From Robiginitalea sp. (GTDB lineage Bacteria; Bacteroidota; Bacteroidia; Flavobacteriales; Flavobacteriaceae): a DNA stretch of 64,000 bases. This document shows, in pieces, positions 48,201 through 57,704 of the stretch (its first letter is position 1; each line of letters starts with the position of its first letter). Under the pieces are notes generated by a model that was given only the letters and a program-made list of their open reading frames with translations, was not told the DNA's origin and ran no database searches. A program made the position numbers and the translations under genes. The stretch covers positions 13,298 to 77,297 of the forward strand of contig JBNKGM010000006.1 in the NCBI GenBank assembly GCA_050289825.1, written 5' to 3'.

Positions 48201-48599
48201 TTCAAGGTCGGGGAATCGGCCAAGGCACAGGCCCTGTTCCAGGAACTGAAGGCTATTTATAAAGACCGGATCGACTACTATGCCGGCATACCGCTGGAAG
48301 AACAATACACCATGGCCGACCAGATCCTTTCAGACCTGGAGGCGTACAAGCGCATTATCGACATCCTCATTACCAACGACGACCGGGAACTGGCCGAATC
48401 GGAGACGCTGATCTTCAATGAACAGATCGAGCGCATCGCCTTTATGAACCGGGCCAACCTGCTCGAAGACCTGGCCGAACCCGGCCTGGGGGCAGACCCC
48501 GACCTGGGCGATACGGTGCCGGCATCAGACAGCACGGCGGTTGACACCTCGGGGGCGGCTACTACAGACAGTGTGCCCCAGCCCGAAGGGGAGCGTTAA
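45246..48599 (+). CDS. DUF2723 domain membrane protein (GT-C fold, TMEM260-like)
   Basis: SFWDAGEYI, VAHPPGAP, WFNAVETEVY, RERDYSLVGS, GDNDTFPLWY; many TM helices. Confidence 0.88.
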   Translation: MFAKNFEKWDTRTGWFVFFITLVVYGITTEPTGSFWDAGEYISTSAKLQVAHPPGAPFLQMMGALFALFAPGPEYVALMVNYMSGVSSAFAILFMFWTITNLARKLTGGEEGMSNPKAIAILGSGLVGCLALTFSDSFWFNAVETEVYSMASLIMSLLLWLGLKWTDNLDHPRGNRYLILIAFVVGLTFGIQFMGFLAIPSIGLLYFFKRYPQITPLKFILANAAVIGILILVYKFSLTYVLMLFGWGEVFFINEVGLPFNSGTILIGLLFAAAFYWGLRYTSRNNFINANTLILCGLFMFLGFSSWLMLPIRANANVVINENNPTDARALLAYYNREQYPGVDSPFYGAYYSDRFAPAGPNRDDKPKYERDEALGKYVIVNKYKDAMPGPNPEHVGLMPRMWSDQNTENYMKYFGPLDFTLTENNAELREAADKLRQGLAAGEIDEAQYISFLSRFGDYLKVHPPTLWQNIDYMLRFQFGYMYARYFMWNFVGKQDDKQGRYNGSGEWLSGIGFIDALRLGSQNNLPQDKLDNRGRNTYYFLPLLLGIIGLIFQLGRNPKQFWVLLVFFLFTGLAIQFYTNPYIFQPRERDYSLVGSFYIFAIWIGLGVLALFEEFRKWVPGKVLAPLVTVVSLLAVPVLMAQQNWDDHDRSGRYTAKSTAMAYLDSCQEDAGAMLFTIGDNDTFPLWYAQEIENYRTDVRIICTALFATDWYVDQMKRKAYSSDPIPSQLTHELYRYGSRDVIYHQKLTENRWDIKDFMNWIASDRPETKLKSYLERMGAELSEYPESTLETVFYPTNKIRVPVNKENVLKSGLVKEKDSALIVDYIDIDLPGVLPKNRILMLDILANNDWKRPIYFSGGSFERAEYLWMKEYLQLDGLTYKLVPIRTENRNGYEMGRIDTDLMYDIVMKWDWGNSGNPDIYIDPQTRSQGLSFRANLARLVETLIDEGKIDKAKAVIDLAMTNLPVQQFEFYAFVEPFIDGYFKVGESAKAQALFQELKAIYKDRIDYYAGIPLEEQYTMADQILSDLEAYKRIIDILITNDDRELAESETLIFNEQIERIAFMNRANLLEDLAEPGLGADPDLGDTVPASDSTAVDTSGAATTDSVPQPEGER

Positions 48600-48624
48600 T
48601 ACCAGGCCCGCAAAAGGACGCTGA

Positions 48625-48921
48625 TCAAATGTATTCGTTGAGGATCCCTATCAGGGTATTGGCGTCTTGTTCCCCACTCTGGCGCCACACCATTTCCCCC
48701 TTCTTGTAGATCATAAGGGTCGGAAGGCCTTTGATGCGCAAGGCCTGGGAGAGCTCTTTGTTTTTGTCTACGTCTATCTTGATGACTTTCCCCTTCCCGC
48801 CAAGGGCCGCCGCCACGTCGCGCAACACGGGGTGCATGGAGGTGGACTGCTCATTCCACTCAGCGTAGAAATCAAGCAAAATCGGGATGTTCTGGTCTAT
48901 GAGCTCACCGAATTTAGACAT
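48625..48921 (-). CDS. Thioredoxin-fold protein lacking the CxxC motif
   Basis: LLDFYAEWNEQS, KIDVDKN and LPTLMIYKKG; no Cys in the protein. TACTTTTG box at 48945-48952. Confidence 0.85.
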   Translation of the reverse strand: MSKFGELIDQNIPILLDFYAEWNEQSTSMHPVLRDVAAALGGKGKVIKIDVDKNKELSQALRIKGLPTLMIYKKGEMVWRQSGEQDANTLIGILNEYI

Positions 48922-49014
48922 ACAGATGGCGTTGGGTTACCTTCCAAAAGTAAAAAAAATTGTGAAACGCCCTGAAACCGAACTTGTAATTGACCCCGCA
49001 GCACAAAAACGGCC

Positions 49015-50244
49015 TTAAGCCATGCCGGCCTTTTTCAGGGTTATAACGGTTACCTCGGGCCAGATTCCCACCCGCCCCGGGTAGCCCAGGAAGCCGAAGC
49101 CCCGGTTCACGTTAATGTACTGGCCCATCTCTTCGTAAATGCCGGCCCAGTACTTGTACCGCCATTTTACCGGGCTCCATTTTACCCAGCCGGGAATCTC
49201 GATCCCGAACTGCATGCCGTGGGTATGGCCGCTCAAGGTAAGGTGGAAGTGCATGGGGTGGTGAATGACCTGGTCTTCCCAATGCGACGGGTCGTGGCTG
49301 AGCAGGATTTTGAAATCGGCCGGGTCGATGGCCCCGGTAGCCTTTTCGAGGTCGCCGGCCTTTTTGAAACCGCCCCGCCCCCAGTTTTCGACACCGATCA
49401 GGGCCAGGCGATCGCCTCCCCGTTCCAGGTAGCGGTGCTCGTTCAGCAGCAGGTCAAAACCCATCTGCCGTTGCAGGGCCTTGAGGTCTTCGAGGTTCTG
49501 GGCTTTTTCCTCTTCCGTATTCCAGGCGATATAATCGCCGTAGTCGTGGTTCCCCAAAATGGAATAAACCCCATCCGGGGCCTTCAGGGTCGAAAAGAGC
49601 CCTGTCCAGGGGAGCATCTCAGCAGTCTTGTTGTTTACCAGGTCGCCCGTGAAGAAGATCACATCGCTTTCCTGCCGGTTAATCAGGTCTACCCCGTATT
49701 CGATTTTTTTGCGGTTGTCGAAACTGCCGCTGTGCACATCCGAAATCTGGGTGATCGTATAGTTGTGAAAACTTGCGGGCAGGTCTTTGAATTCCAGGTT
49801 GTAGCGCAAGACCCTGAAATTGTACTTGCCCCGGTACATGCCGTAGAGCAGGGCCCCGAACGGCAGGGAAGCAATTCCCAGGGCAATCAGGCTCAGGAAC
49901 CTTCGGCGGGCCGGGATGCTGAATTCCTCACTCCCCCCGAACAGCTTATGGTAGGAGGCCACCAACAGCCGGTAAATATCTTCGGAAAACAGGAAAAAGA
50001 TGGTGATCAGGTTAAAGGTAAGCACCGCTAGCAGGAAGCCGAAAGCATAGCTTTTGGGCCGGCTCAGCACACGGCCGGGGTCTTCCCCCCAGGTGAACTG
50101 GTACACAAAATTGCCCAAAACCAGCAGGGCTATGGCTATGTAGAGGTAATGCACCCAGGGGAAACGCGTGCCCGAACGAAGGGCCTGCAGGGTGTAGAGG
50201 CCCATGGCCAGGTAAACGACTATAAAGAGCAGCCAACGCAGCAT
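49015..50244 (-). CDS. Membrane-anchored calcineurin-like metallophosphoesterase
   Basis: QISDVH, FTGDLVN, LGNHDYG, LLSHDP and GHTHGMQ motifs; N-terminal TM helices. Confidence 0.9.
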   Translation of the reverse strand: MLRWLLFIVVYLAMGLYTLQALRSGTRFPWVHYLYIAIALLVLGNFVYQFTWGEDPGRVLSRPKSYAFGFLLAVLTFNLITIFFLFSEDIYRLLVASYHKLFGGSEEFSIPARRRFLSLIALGIASLPFGALLYGMYRGKYNFRVLRYNLEFKDLPASFHNYTITQISDVHSGSFDNRKKIEYGVDLINRQESDVIFFTGDLVNNKTAEMLPWTGLFSTLKAPDGVYSILGNHDYGDYIAWNTEEEKAQNLEDLKALQRQMGFDLLLNEHRYLERGGDRLALIGVENWGRGGFKKAGDLEKATGAIDPADFKILLSHDPSHWEDQVIHHPMHFHLTLSGHTHGMQFGIEIPGWVKWSPVKWRYKYWAGIYEEMGQYINVNRGFGFLGYPGRVGIWPEVTVITLKKAGMA

Positions 50245-50286
50245 GGCGATTTTTTACAAATATACCCCTTTTTCAGGCGCCGTGTA

Positions 50287-51021
50287 TCACCTCGTCCCCT
50301 GGTTCAGGCTGCGTATCACGGCCGTTACCCGGGCCGGGTCGGTGTGCAGCGGGCGGCCTTCCCGAAGCAGGGACAGGCTGTTCATGGGCAGGCCTGCGTC
50401 GGGCTCTGGGCCGGTAGGTTTGGGGACCCCGGAGAGATGTATGGCGGCAAAACCCGCTGCTTTGAAAAAAGGCGCATTGTCAGGATTGATACCCCCTCCC
50501 GGCATGAGCTGGCAGGTGCGGGCCTGGCCGTGGAGCCGCTTGAGCAAGGGCAGCCCTGCAAAGGCATCGGGGGACTGTCCACTGCTCAGAATGGTGTTTA
50601 CCCCAAGCTGCTCGAGGGTCTGGAGTGCCAACTCGGGGGCTGTGCAACGGTCGAAAGCGCGGTGAAAGGTAAAATGGCAGGGCCCGGCTGCTTCTTTGAG
50701 GCGCTTGGTTGCCTTGGTGTCGATGTGCCGGTCGGCCAGTAGGGCGCCGCTCACCACCCCGGCGAAACCCATTGCAACGCAGGTGCGAATATCGCGGAGC
50801 ATGCAGTCGAGCTCTGCATCGGAATAGTTGAAATCGCCGCTGCGGGGCCTGATGAGTACGTGCACGGGAATGCCGATGTTCTGGCGTACCCATTCCAGCA
50901 AACCCTGGGAGGGGGTCAGGCCTCCCACGGCCAGTTCGCTGCAAAGCTCAATCCGGTCGGCCCCCGCCAGCTCTGCGGCCCGGGCCGATTCGGGCGAATT
51001 GGCACAAACTTCTACCAGCAT
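50287..51021 (-). CDS. cutC: CutC family protein
   Basis: MLVEVCANS...GADRIELCSELAVGGLTPS, LIRPRSGDF, TFHRAFD. True start at ATG 51021. Confidence 0.92.
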   Translation of the reverse strand: MLVEVCANSPESARAAELAGADRIELCSELAVGGLTPSQGLLEWVRQNIGIPVHVLIRPRSGDFNYSDAELDCMLRDIRTCVAMGFAGVVSGALLADRHIDTKATKRLKEAAGPCHFTFHRAFDRCTAPELALQTLEQLGVNTILSSGQSPDAFAGLPLLKRLHGQARTCQLMPGGGINPDNAPFFKAAGFAAIHLSGVPKPTGPEPDAGLPMNSLSLLREGRPLHTDPARVTAVIRSLNQGTR

Positions 51022-51061
51022 TATGTGTATCTTTAGGACCCTAAAATAAACGCTTCCCCTC

Positions 51062-52057
51062 ATGCACCGAAGAAAATTCCTGAGAAATTCCTCCCTGGGC
51101 TCGGCCGGCCTGCTCGGGGCCACCGCCCTGAGCGCCTGCCGGGATACCACCCCACAGGGCCAGCCCGCAGCGTCTTCGGGCACTACGATTAAGCCCGTTG
51201 TTGTCTGTACCTGGGATTTCGGCAACGCCACCGAAAAGGCCTGGTCGGTGCTGGAACCCGGGGGCAGTGCCCTCGACGCCGTGGAAGCCGGGGTAATGGT
51301 TGAAGAGGCCGACCCGAACAACCAAACCGTGGGCCTGGGCGGGCGGCCCGACCGCGACGGCCATGTAACGCTCGACGCCTGCATCATGGACCCCGAGGGC
51401 CGTTGTGGTGCGGTGATGGCCCTGGAGGGCTTTGTTCACCCGGTATCGGTAGCGCGCAAGGTCATGGAAGAAACTCCCCACGTTATCCTGGTAGGCGAAG
51501 GGGCGGCCAGCTTCGCCCTGGAACAGGGCTTTGAAAAGACAAACCTGCTCACCGAGGCATCGCGCCTGGAGTGGGAAGAATGGAAAAAGGAGGCTGAATA
51601 CAAGCCCATCATAAACATCGAGAACCACGACACCATCGGCATGATTACCCTCGACGCCGAAGGCCGTATGGCCGGGGCCTGCACCACCAGCGGCATGGCC
51701 TATAAAATGAGGGGGCGGGTTGGCGACTCACCCGTCATAGGGGCGGGCCTTTACGTAGACGACGAGGTGGGCGGAGCAGCCGCCACCGGCGTGGGCGAAG
51801 AGGTGGTTCGCACGGTGGGTAGCTTTTTGATCGTGGAACTCATGCGCCAGGGGATGAGCCCGCAAAAGGCCTGTGAGGAGGGCGTCCGCCGCATCATGAA
51901 GAAAAACGAGGGCCGTACCGATTTCCAGATCGGCTTTGTGGCCCTGAACAAACAGGGCGAAAGCGGCGCCTATTGCATCCATGAGGGTTTCAGCTACCGG
52001 CGATTTGACGCTGAGGGTCACCGGAACATCGCTTCTGAGAGTTACCTGAAATCGTGA
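51062..52057 (+). CDS. N(4)-(beta-N-acetylglucosaminyl)-L-asparaginase (glycosylasparaginase), Tat lipoprotein
   Basis: RRKFL Tat motif and LSAC lipobox. Ntn-hydrolase autocleavage site HD/TIG, GRVGDSPVIGAG. Confidence 0.88.
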   Translation: MHRRKFLRNSSLGSAGLLGATALSACRDTTPQGQPAASSGTTIKPVVVCTWDFGNATEKAWSVLEPGGSALDAVEAGVMVEEADPNNQTVGLGGRPDRDGHVTLDACIMDPEGRCGAVMALEGFVHPVSVARKVMEETPHVILVGEGAASFALEQGFEKTNLLTEASRLEWEEWKKEAEYKPIINIENHDTIGMITLDAEGRMAGACTTSGMAYKMRGRVGDSPVIGAGLYVDDEVGGAAATGVGEEVVRTVGSFLIVELMRQGMSPQKACEEGVRRIMKKNEGRTDFQIGFVALNKQGESGAYCIHEGFSYRRFDAEGHRNIASESYLKS

Positions 52058-52095
52058 GAATCTTTCTAGTTTTGAAAGCTAGCTAATACACTGCC

Positions 52096-54930
52096 ATGTC
52101 TGAAAAAAAACGACTCTTCCTGCTGGATGCCTACGCCCTGATATTCCGCGGATATTACGCCCTGATTAAAAACCCGCGCATCAACTCCAAGGGCATGGAC
52201 ACCTCGGCCATCATGGGGTTTATGAATTCCCTTTTCGATGTGATCAGGCGTGAAAAACCCGACCACCTGGCCGTGTGTTTCGACAAAGACGGCAGCGCCG
52301 AGCGCACCGAGCTTTTCCCGGAATACAAAGCCAACCGCGACGAGACCCCCGATGCCATCAGGGTGGCCGTGCCCTGGATACAGCAGCTGCTCAAAGCCAT
52401 GCACATTCCGGTGATCGAACTCTCGGGGCTGGAGGCCGACGACATAATCGGCACCCTGGCGCGCCAGGCCGAAGACCAGGGATACCTGGTGTATATGGTA
52501 ACCCCCGACAAAGACTTCGGGCAACTGGTTACCGAACACACCTTTATGTACCGCCCCTCCCGCATGGGCAACGGGATTGAAATCTGGGGCATACCCGAAA
52601 TTCAGAAGCGCTTCGGGGTTGAGCGGCCCGAGCAGGTAATCGACTACCTGGGGATGATGGGCGACAGCAGCGACAACATTCCCGGCTTTCCGGGCGTGGG
52701 CGAAAAAACGGCCCAGAAGCTGATCGCACAGTTCGGCACCCTGGAGAACCTGCTGGCCAACACCGACCAACTCAAGGGCAAACTGAAAGAAATTATCGAG
52801 AACAATGCCGAACTCGGCAAACTTTCGAAGAAGCTGGCCACCATCTGCACCGATTGCGAGGTCACCTTTGACGAGCACGATTTTGAGCTGAGCATGCCCG
52901 ACACCCAGAAAGTGCAGGAAATCTTTGAGGAGCTCGAATTCAGGAGGCTTAAGGAACAGTTCCTGAGGCTTTTTTCAGGAGAAGCCACCCCGGCTGCCCC
53001 GGTAACCAGCACCGAGACGGCCCGGCAACAGGCCCCACGCATGGCAGGCAGCGGGCAGTTTTCTCTCTTCGGGGACGAGGGGCAAGACACGCCCGAAGTC
53101 GTGGCCTATACCGGCCGGCAGACCATCAAGGAGGTTTCGCACCACTACCAGGCCCTGACCACCCCCATGGCCCGCCAGCTCTTCCTGAAAAACCTGCAGG
53201 GACGCCCCCGCGTTTGCTTCGACACCGAAACCACTTCCCTGGACCCCCTGCAAGCCGAACTGGTGGGCATTGCCTTTAGCTGGGAAGCCCACAAGGGGTA
53301 TTACCTGCCCTTCCCGGAAGGCCGTGAGGCGTCCCGGGAACTCCTGGAAGAATTGCGGCCTTTTTTCGAATCGGAGACCACCGAGAAAGTGGGGCAGAAC
53401 CTGAAATACGACATCAAGGTATTGCGGAAGTACGGCATGGAGGTGAAAGGGCCCCTTTTCGACACCATGCTGGCCCATTACCTGATCAACCCCGACATGC
53501 GCCACAACATGGACGTGCTGGCCGAGACCTACCTGAATTACACCCCGGTGCCGATTAGCGACCTCATCGGCAAAAAAGGCAAGAACCAGCTCAGCATGCG
53601 CGAGGTGCCCCTGGAAGAACAAACCGAGTACGCCGTGGAAGATGCCGATATCACCTTACAGCTGGCCGGGCATTTCGAGCCCGAACTCAGGGAAAGCGGC
53701 ACGGAATCGCTTTTTACGGAATTGGAAATCCCGTTGCTGCGGGTGCTGGCCGATATGGAACTGGAGGGGATTAACCTCGACACCGATTTCCTGAAAGGCC
53801 TATCCGTGGAAATGGAAGGCGACATCCGCAAGCTGGAAGGCGAAATTTATGAGCAGGCGGGCGAAACCTTTAACATCGGTTCGCCCAAACAGCTGGGCGA
53901 CATTTTATACGAAAAGCTCAAGCTGGTGAACAAACCCAAGAAGACGCGCACCGGGCAGTACTCCACGGCCGAAGATGTGCTCTCGGGCCTGGCCAAGGAG
54001 CACCCCATTGTGCGCATGGTGCTCGACTACCGCGGGCTCACCAAGCTCAAGAGCACCTATGTAGACGCCCTTCCCGAACAGGTGGCCCCCACCACCGGGC
54101 GGGTGCATACCGACTACATGCAGACGGTGGCCGCCACCGGGCGGCTGAGCAGCAACAACCCCAACCTGCAGAACATCCCCATCCGCACCACGCGGGGCCG
54201 GGAAATCCGCAGGGCCTTTATCCCCCGCAGCGAGGAATACCGCCTGCTCTCAGCCGACTACTCCCAGATCGAGCTTCGCATTATCGCCGCCCTGAGCCAG
54301 GAAGACACCATGATCGAATCGTTCAAAAGGGGCGAAGACATTCACGCCTCCACGGCGGCCAAGGTGTTCCAGGTGCCTTTGGAAGAGGTAACCCGCGAAC
54401 AGCGATCGAATGCCAAAACGGTGAACTTCGGCATCATTTATGGGGTTTCGGCCTTCGGCCTGAGCAACCAGACCGACCTGAGCCGCAGCGAGGCCAAGGA
54501 GCTTATCGACACCTATTACAAAACGTATCCGAAGCTGCGCAGCTACATAGACGGGCAAATCGATTTCGCCCGCGAAAACGGCTACGTTCAGACGGTGCTG
54601 GGGCGCAGGCGCTACCTGAAAGACATCAATGCCGGCAATGCCGTGGTGCGGGGCGCGGCCGAACGAAACGCGGTAAACGCGCCCATTCAGGGCAGCGCGG
54701 CCGACATCATCAAGATCGCCATGATCCGCATCCACCGCAAACTAAACCAGGGCAACTTCCGCACCCGTATGCTGCTGCAGGTGCATGACGAATTGGTCTT
54801 CGACGTTTACAAGCCCGAACTGGAAGCCGTAAGCGAGCTTATCAAGCACGAAATGGAGGGCGCCTACCAGCTGGCCGTGCCCCTGGTGGTCGAGATGGGC
54901 GTGGGCGATAACTGGCTCGAGGCCCATTAA
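52096..54930 (+). CDS. polA: DNA polymerase I
   Basis: 5'-3' exonuclease (LLDAYALIFR), 3'-5' exonuclease (FDTETTSLD) and polymerase motifs (ADYSQIELR, AKTVNFGIIYG, QVHDEL). Confidence 0.98.
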   Translation: MSEKKRLFLLDAYALIFRGYYALIKNPRINSKGMDTSAIMGFMNSLFDVIRREKPDHLAVCFDKDGSAERTELFPEYKANRDETPDAIRVAVPWIQQLLKAMHIPVIELSGLEADDIIGTLARQAEDQGYLVYMVTPDKDFGQLVTEHTFMYRPSRMGNGIEIWGIPEIQKRFGVERPEQVIDYLGMMGDSSDNIPGFPGVGEKTAQKLIAQFGTLENLLANTDQLKGKLKEIIENNAELGKLSKKLATICTDCEVTFDEHDFELSMPDTQKVQEIFEELEFRRLKEQFLRLFSGEATPAAPVTSTETARQQAPRMAGSGQFSLFGDEGQDTPEVVAYTGRQTIKEVSHHYQALTTPMARQLFLKNLQGRPRVCFDTETTSLDPLQAELVGIAFSWEAHKGYYLPFPEGREASRELLEELRPFFESETTEKVGQNLKYDIKVLRKYGMEVKGPLFDTMLAHYLINPDMRHNMDVLAETYLNYTPVPISDLIGKKGKNQLSMREVPLEEQTEYAVEDADITLQLAGHFEPELRESGTESLFTELEIPLLRVLADMELEGINLDTDFLKGLSVEMEGDIRKLEGEIYEQAGETFNIGSPKQLGDILYEKLKLVNKPKKTRTGQYSTAEDVLSGLAKEHPIVRMVLDYRGLTKLKSTYVDALPEQVAPTTGRVHTDYMQTVAATGRLSSNNPNLQNIPIRTTRGREIRRAFIPRSEEYRLLSADYSQIELRIIAALSQEDTMIESFKRGEDIHASTAAKVFQVPLEEVTREQRSNAKTVNFGIIYGVSAFGLSNQTDLSRSEAKELIDTYYKTYPKLRSYIDGQIDFARENGYVQTVLGRRRYLKDINAGNAVVRGAAERNAVNAPIQGSAADIIKIAMIRIHRKLNQGNFRTRMLLQVHDELVFDVYKPELEAVSELIKHEMEGAYQLAVPLVVEMGVGDNWLEAH

Positions 54931-54965
54931 CCTGTGCCGAACCCGGCTTAATTCCCGCTAGCCGC

Positions 54966-57668
54966 TTACAGGGCAAACCGGTAGGTGGCCTTGAGCAGGA
55001 AGATGTTGGTGGGTTGCTGCTTCCCAAAAATATTCGATTCCAGGCTGCCCAAGAGGTTGTCGGCAGGGTCGCCCGAGGTGGTGAGGTCTTGCGACCACAC
55101 CAGGTAGAGTTCCGAGCCGGGCACGTATTCCCAGCGCAGTACCAGGTTTGATCGGAACTGGATAAAGGAGAAGTCGGGGTTGCCGAAGCTGAAATCGGGG
55201 GTTCCGTCTTGCTGTTCGTCTACCGTGTACATTCCATCTGAAAAGCTGATCTGACCCGGGCCGTAAGGCGTAATCCGTTCGCTGAAGCGCGAGGCCAGCG
55301 GGTCGGAGACATGCTTGAATTCGGAATAATTGCCCCTGGAAATAAAGGGCTGCCCCCAGTACTGAATGGTCAGGTTCGGGTTAATGGTGTAATTCAGCCT
55401 GAGCGAAAGGCCCAGGGTATGCTGCTTTATGGTGCCGTTCAGGTATCGCGCCTCCCCGTTGGCTACCAGGTTGTCTATATACTGCAGTTTGTCGTTGTTG
55501 ATCTCGAGGTTGGGGTTGGCCGAAATTCGCAGCGCATTCACGGGTTGGTAGGTGAGCCCACCCTCCAGAAAGTAACTGTCTCGTGAACCGTCAAGGGCCG
55601 AAGTGCCGTTCTGGAAAATACTGAAGCGCAACTTTTTCCGGTTGTCGGTGTTCACCCCGTTCCAGAAGCTTACGGTGGGCGAAACGCGGAGGCGGGGCCC
55701 GCCCCTCAGGGCCGAATTGGAATACTGTATGGGCCTTACGGTAAGCCCCAGGTTGGTAAACCAGTTGCCGGCCCAGTTTTGCCAGCTGTTGGTGTTGAAC
55801 ATCAGCAAATTGTGGTTGCCACCAAAATCCCAGGCACTCCAGTGGTTGTAGTTTACCCCGATTTGGCGGAACGTCTTGTCGGGCTTCAGGGTCTGGTACC
55901 CTACCCAGGCATAGTGCCTGAAGTCGTCGGCCTGCCGCTGAAAGCCGATATCGTTCAGTTCCAGTTCGGGCGAGCGCCAGGTGGCCCCGGTTTCGAACCT
56001 CCAGTGTCCGTCGCCCTGTTTTCCGAATTGCAGGTTACCCCCAGTTCCCGTCAGGGAGGTGCGGGAAGGGTCTACATCCAGGTAGTCGGCACCTTCCCGC
56101 TGGAAGAGGTGAGCAATAGCGCGCTGCGTGGCCTCAATGGCCTGCTCGCTGCCGCTTACATGGCTCCACACCAGGCTACCCCCCACAAACCAGTCGCGGT
56201 TTTTCCATTGGTGCTTGAAATCGAACCCGCCCGTATAGGCCGCCTGGTGCAGCCAGGCCAGGCTTTCGGGCAGGCTTTCCCGGTTGGTAGCCGTAACGAT
56301 GGTACCTATATAGGTGTCTCCGTTGTGGAAGTCTTTCTGCAGGCGCCCCACCAGGTAATTGGTCAGGGGCTCGACCACTTCCTTGCGACGGTCGCCTGCC
56401 AGGTCTATTTCGGCAGAGCGGCGGGCCGTAACGCTCTCCAAAAGGCCCACCGACCAGCCGCCCTGGGTCTTGCCGCTGAATTTAGCAGCACCCAGAATGG
56501 GCGTGGTAGCCGGCTGGTCTACATACTCGCCCTCAGCAGTTGCCGGGTAACCCTGGGGACGGCGGCCAATACGGCGGGAGTAGAACACATTGTCAGAATT
56601 GAAGGTATTGCCCGATTCCGAAGGGGACACCGGGTAATTGAAGATGTTCTTGTTTTCAACGAAGAAGGGCCGTTGCTCCTGAAAGAAGATCTGATAACCA
56701 TCCAGAGCAATGGCCGAAGGGTCGGCCTCGACTTGCCCGAAATCGGGATTCAGGGTCAGGTCGAGGGTCAGGTCGTTGGTCACGCCTATCTTGGCATCGA
56801 GGCCCCCGGTGAGTTCCATGTCGTTTCCATCCCGAAATGGGTTGCCGGCTTCGGGCTCATAGGTTTTTTCTTTGGCCACTGTATAGGGCTGGATCTCAAG
56901 CTGGCCCTGGGGCTCCAGGTCGCGTAACCCGTCCAATTCCCCAAATTCACTTATAAAACCGGGGGCGTCTACCGGCAGGCGCTGCCAGACCGAGCGCTCC
57001 TCTTCCCGGAACAGCCGCCGCATGACTTGCAACCCCCAGACCTGGTTCTGGCCGTTCCCGAATTTCAGCTGGCTTAAAGGAATTCGCATCTCGGCTGTCC
57101 AGCCAAGCTCATCCATACTGGTCTTTAAAAACCAGATCGGGTTCCAGCTGTCGTCTTCGTTCCCTCCGTTATTCGATTCAAAAATGTCACCCTTTACCCC
57201 GGCTGCCGTGGCCACAAAGCCAAAGGCGGTTCGCCTGTCGTGGTAACTGTCTATAAAGATGCCCACCCAGTCCCCGTCGAAGCCATCCCTTCGGGAAAGG
57301 CGTTTGACAATGTGTTCGGGCTCGCTGTCAAAACAGCGTATGCCCACATACAGGTTCTTGGCGTCGTAGAGGATTTTAAATTGGGTCTGATGGTCGGGCG
57401 GGGTATTTTCATCGGGACGCTGCTCGATAAAACCCCCACCCCAGCCAACCCGGTCCCAGGCCGCCTCATTCAGCACCCCGTCGATGCTGACCGGCTGATC
57501 GGATAAAAGGGGGGCCGTGGTATATGTTTTCCGAACCCCCTCTGGCTCGGCCTCCTTGACAGGCCGGCCTCCCAGGGCCGTATCGGCGGCAGGGATTTCG
57601 GCCCCGGCCTGCGATTGAACCATCGTGCCAGCCAGCAGGAACAAACCCGTTACGATTAGGCGTATCAT
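54966..57668 (-). CDS. CBM9-like plus DUF5916 outer-membrane protein
   Basis: IDGVLNEAAW, WTAEMRIPLSQL, LNPDFGQVEAD, ERRPF-like EQRPFFVE; aromatic C-terminus YRFAL. Confidence 0.8.
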   Translation of the reverse strand: MIRLIVTGLFLLAGTMVQSQAGAEIPAADTALGGRPVKEAEPEGVRKTYTTAPLLSDQPVSIDGVLNEAAWDRVGWGGGFIEQRPDENTPPDHQTQFKILYDAKNLYVGIRCFDSEPEHIVKRLSRRDGFDGDWVGIFIDSYHDRRTAFGFVATAAGVKGDIFESNNGGNEDDSWNPIWFLKTSMDELGWTAEMRIPLSQLKFGNGQNQVWGLQVMRRLFREEERSVWQRLPVDAPGFISEFGELDGLRDLEPQGQLEIQPYTVAKEKTYEPEAGNPFRDGNDMELTGGLDAKIGVTNDLTLDLTLNPDFGQVEADPSAIALDGYQIFFQEQRPFFVENKNIFNYPVSPSESGNTFNSDNVFYSRRIGRRPQGYPATAEGEYVDQPATTPILGAAKFSGKTQGGWSVGLLESVTARRSAEIDLAGDRRKEVVEPLTNYLVGRLQKDFHNGDTYIGTIVTATNRESLPESLAWLHQAAYTGGFDFKHQWKNRDWFVGGSLVWSHVSGSEQAIEATQRAIAHLFQREGADYLDVDPSRTSLTGTGGNLQFGKQGDGHWRFETGATWRSPELELNDIGFQRQADDFRHYAWVGYQTLKPDKTFRQIGVNYNHWSAWDFGGNHNLLMFNTNSWQNWAGNWFTNLGLTVRPIQYSNSALRGGPRLRVSPTVSFWNGVNTDNRKKLRFSIFQNGTSALDGSRDSYFLEGGLTYQPVNALRISANPNLEINNDKLQYIDNLVANGEARYLNGTIKQHTLGLSLRLNYTINPNLTIQYWGQPFISRGNYSEFKHVSDPLASRFSERITPYGPGQISFSDGMYTVDEQQDGTPDFSFGNPDFSFIQFRSNLVLRWEYVPGSELYLVWSQDLTTSGDPADNLLGSLESNIFGKQQPTNIFLLKATYRFAL

Positions 57669-57704
57669 GATTTCGGTTGATTGATGAAGAATCTCTGCCA
57701 ATAA

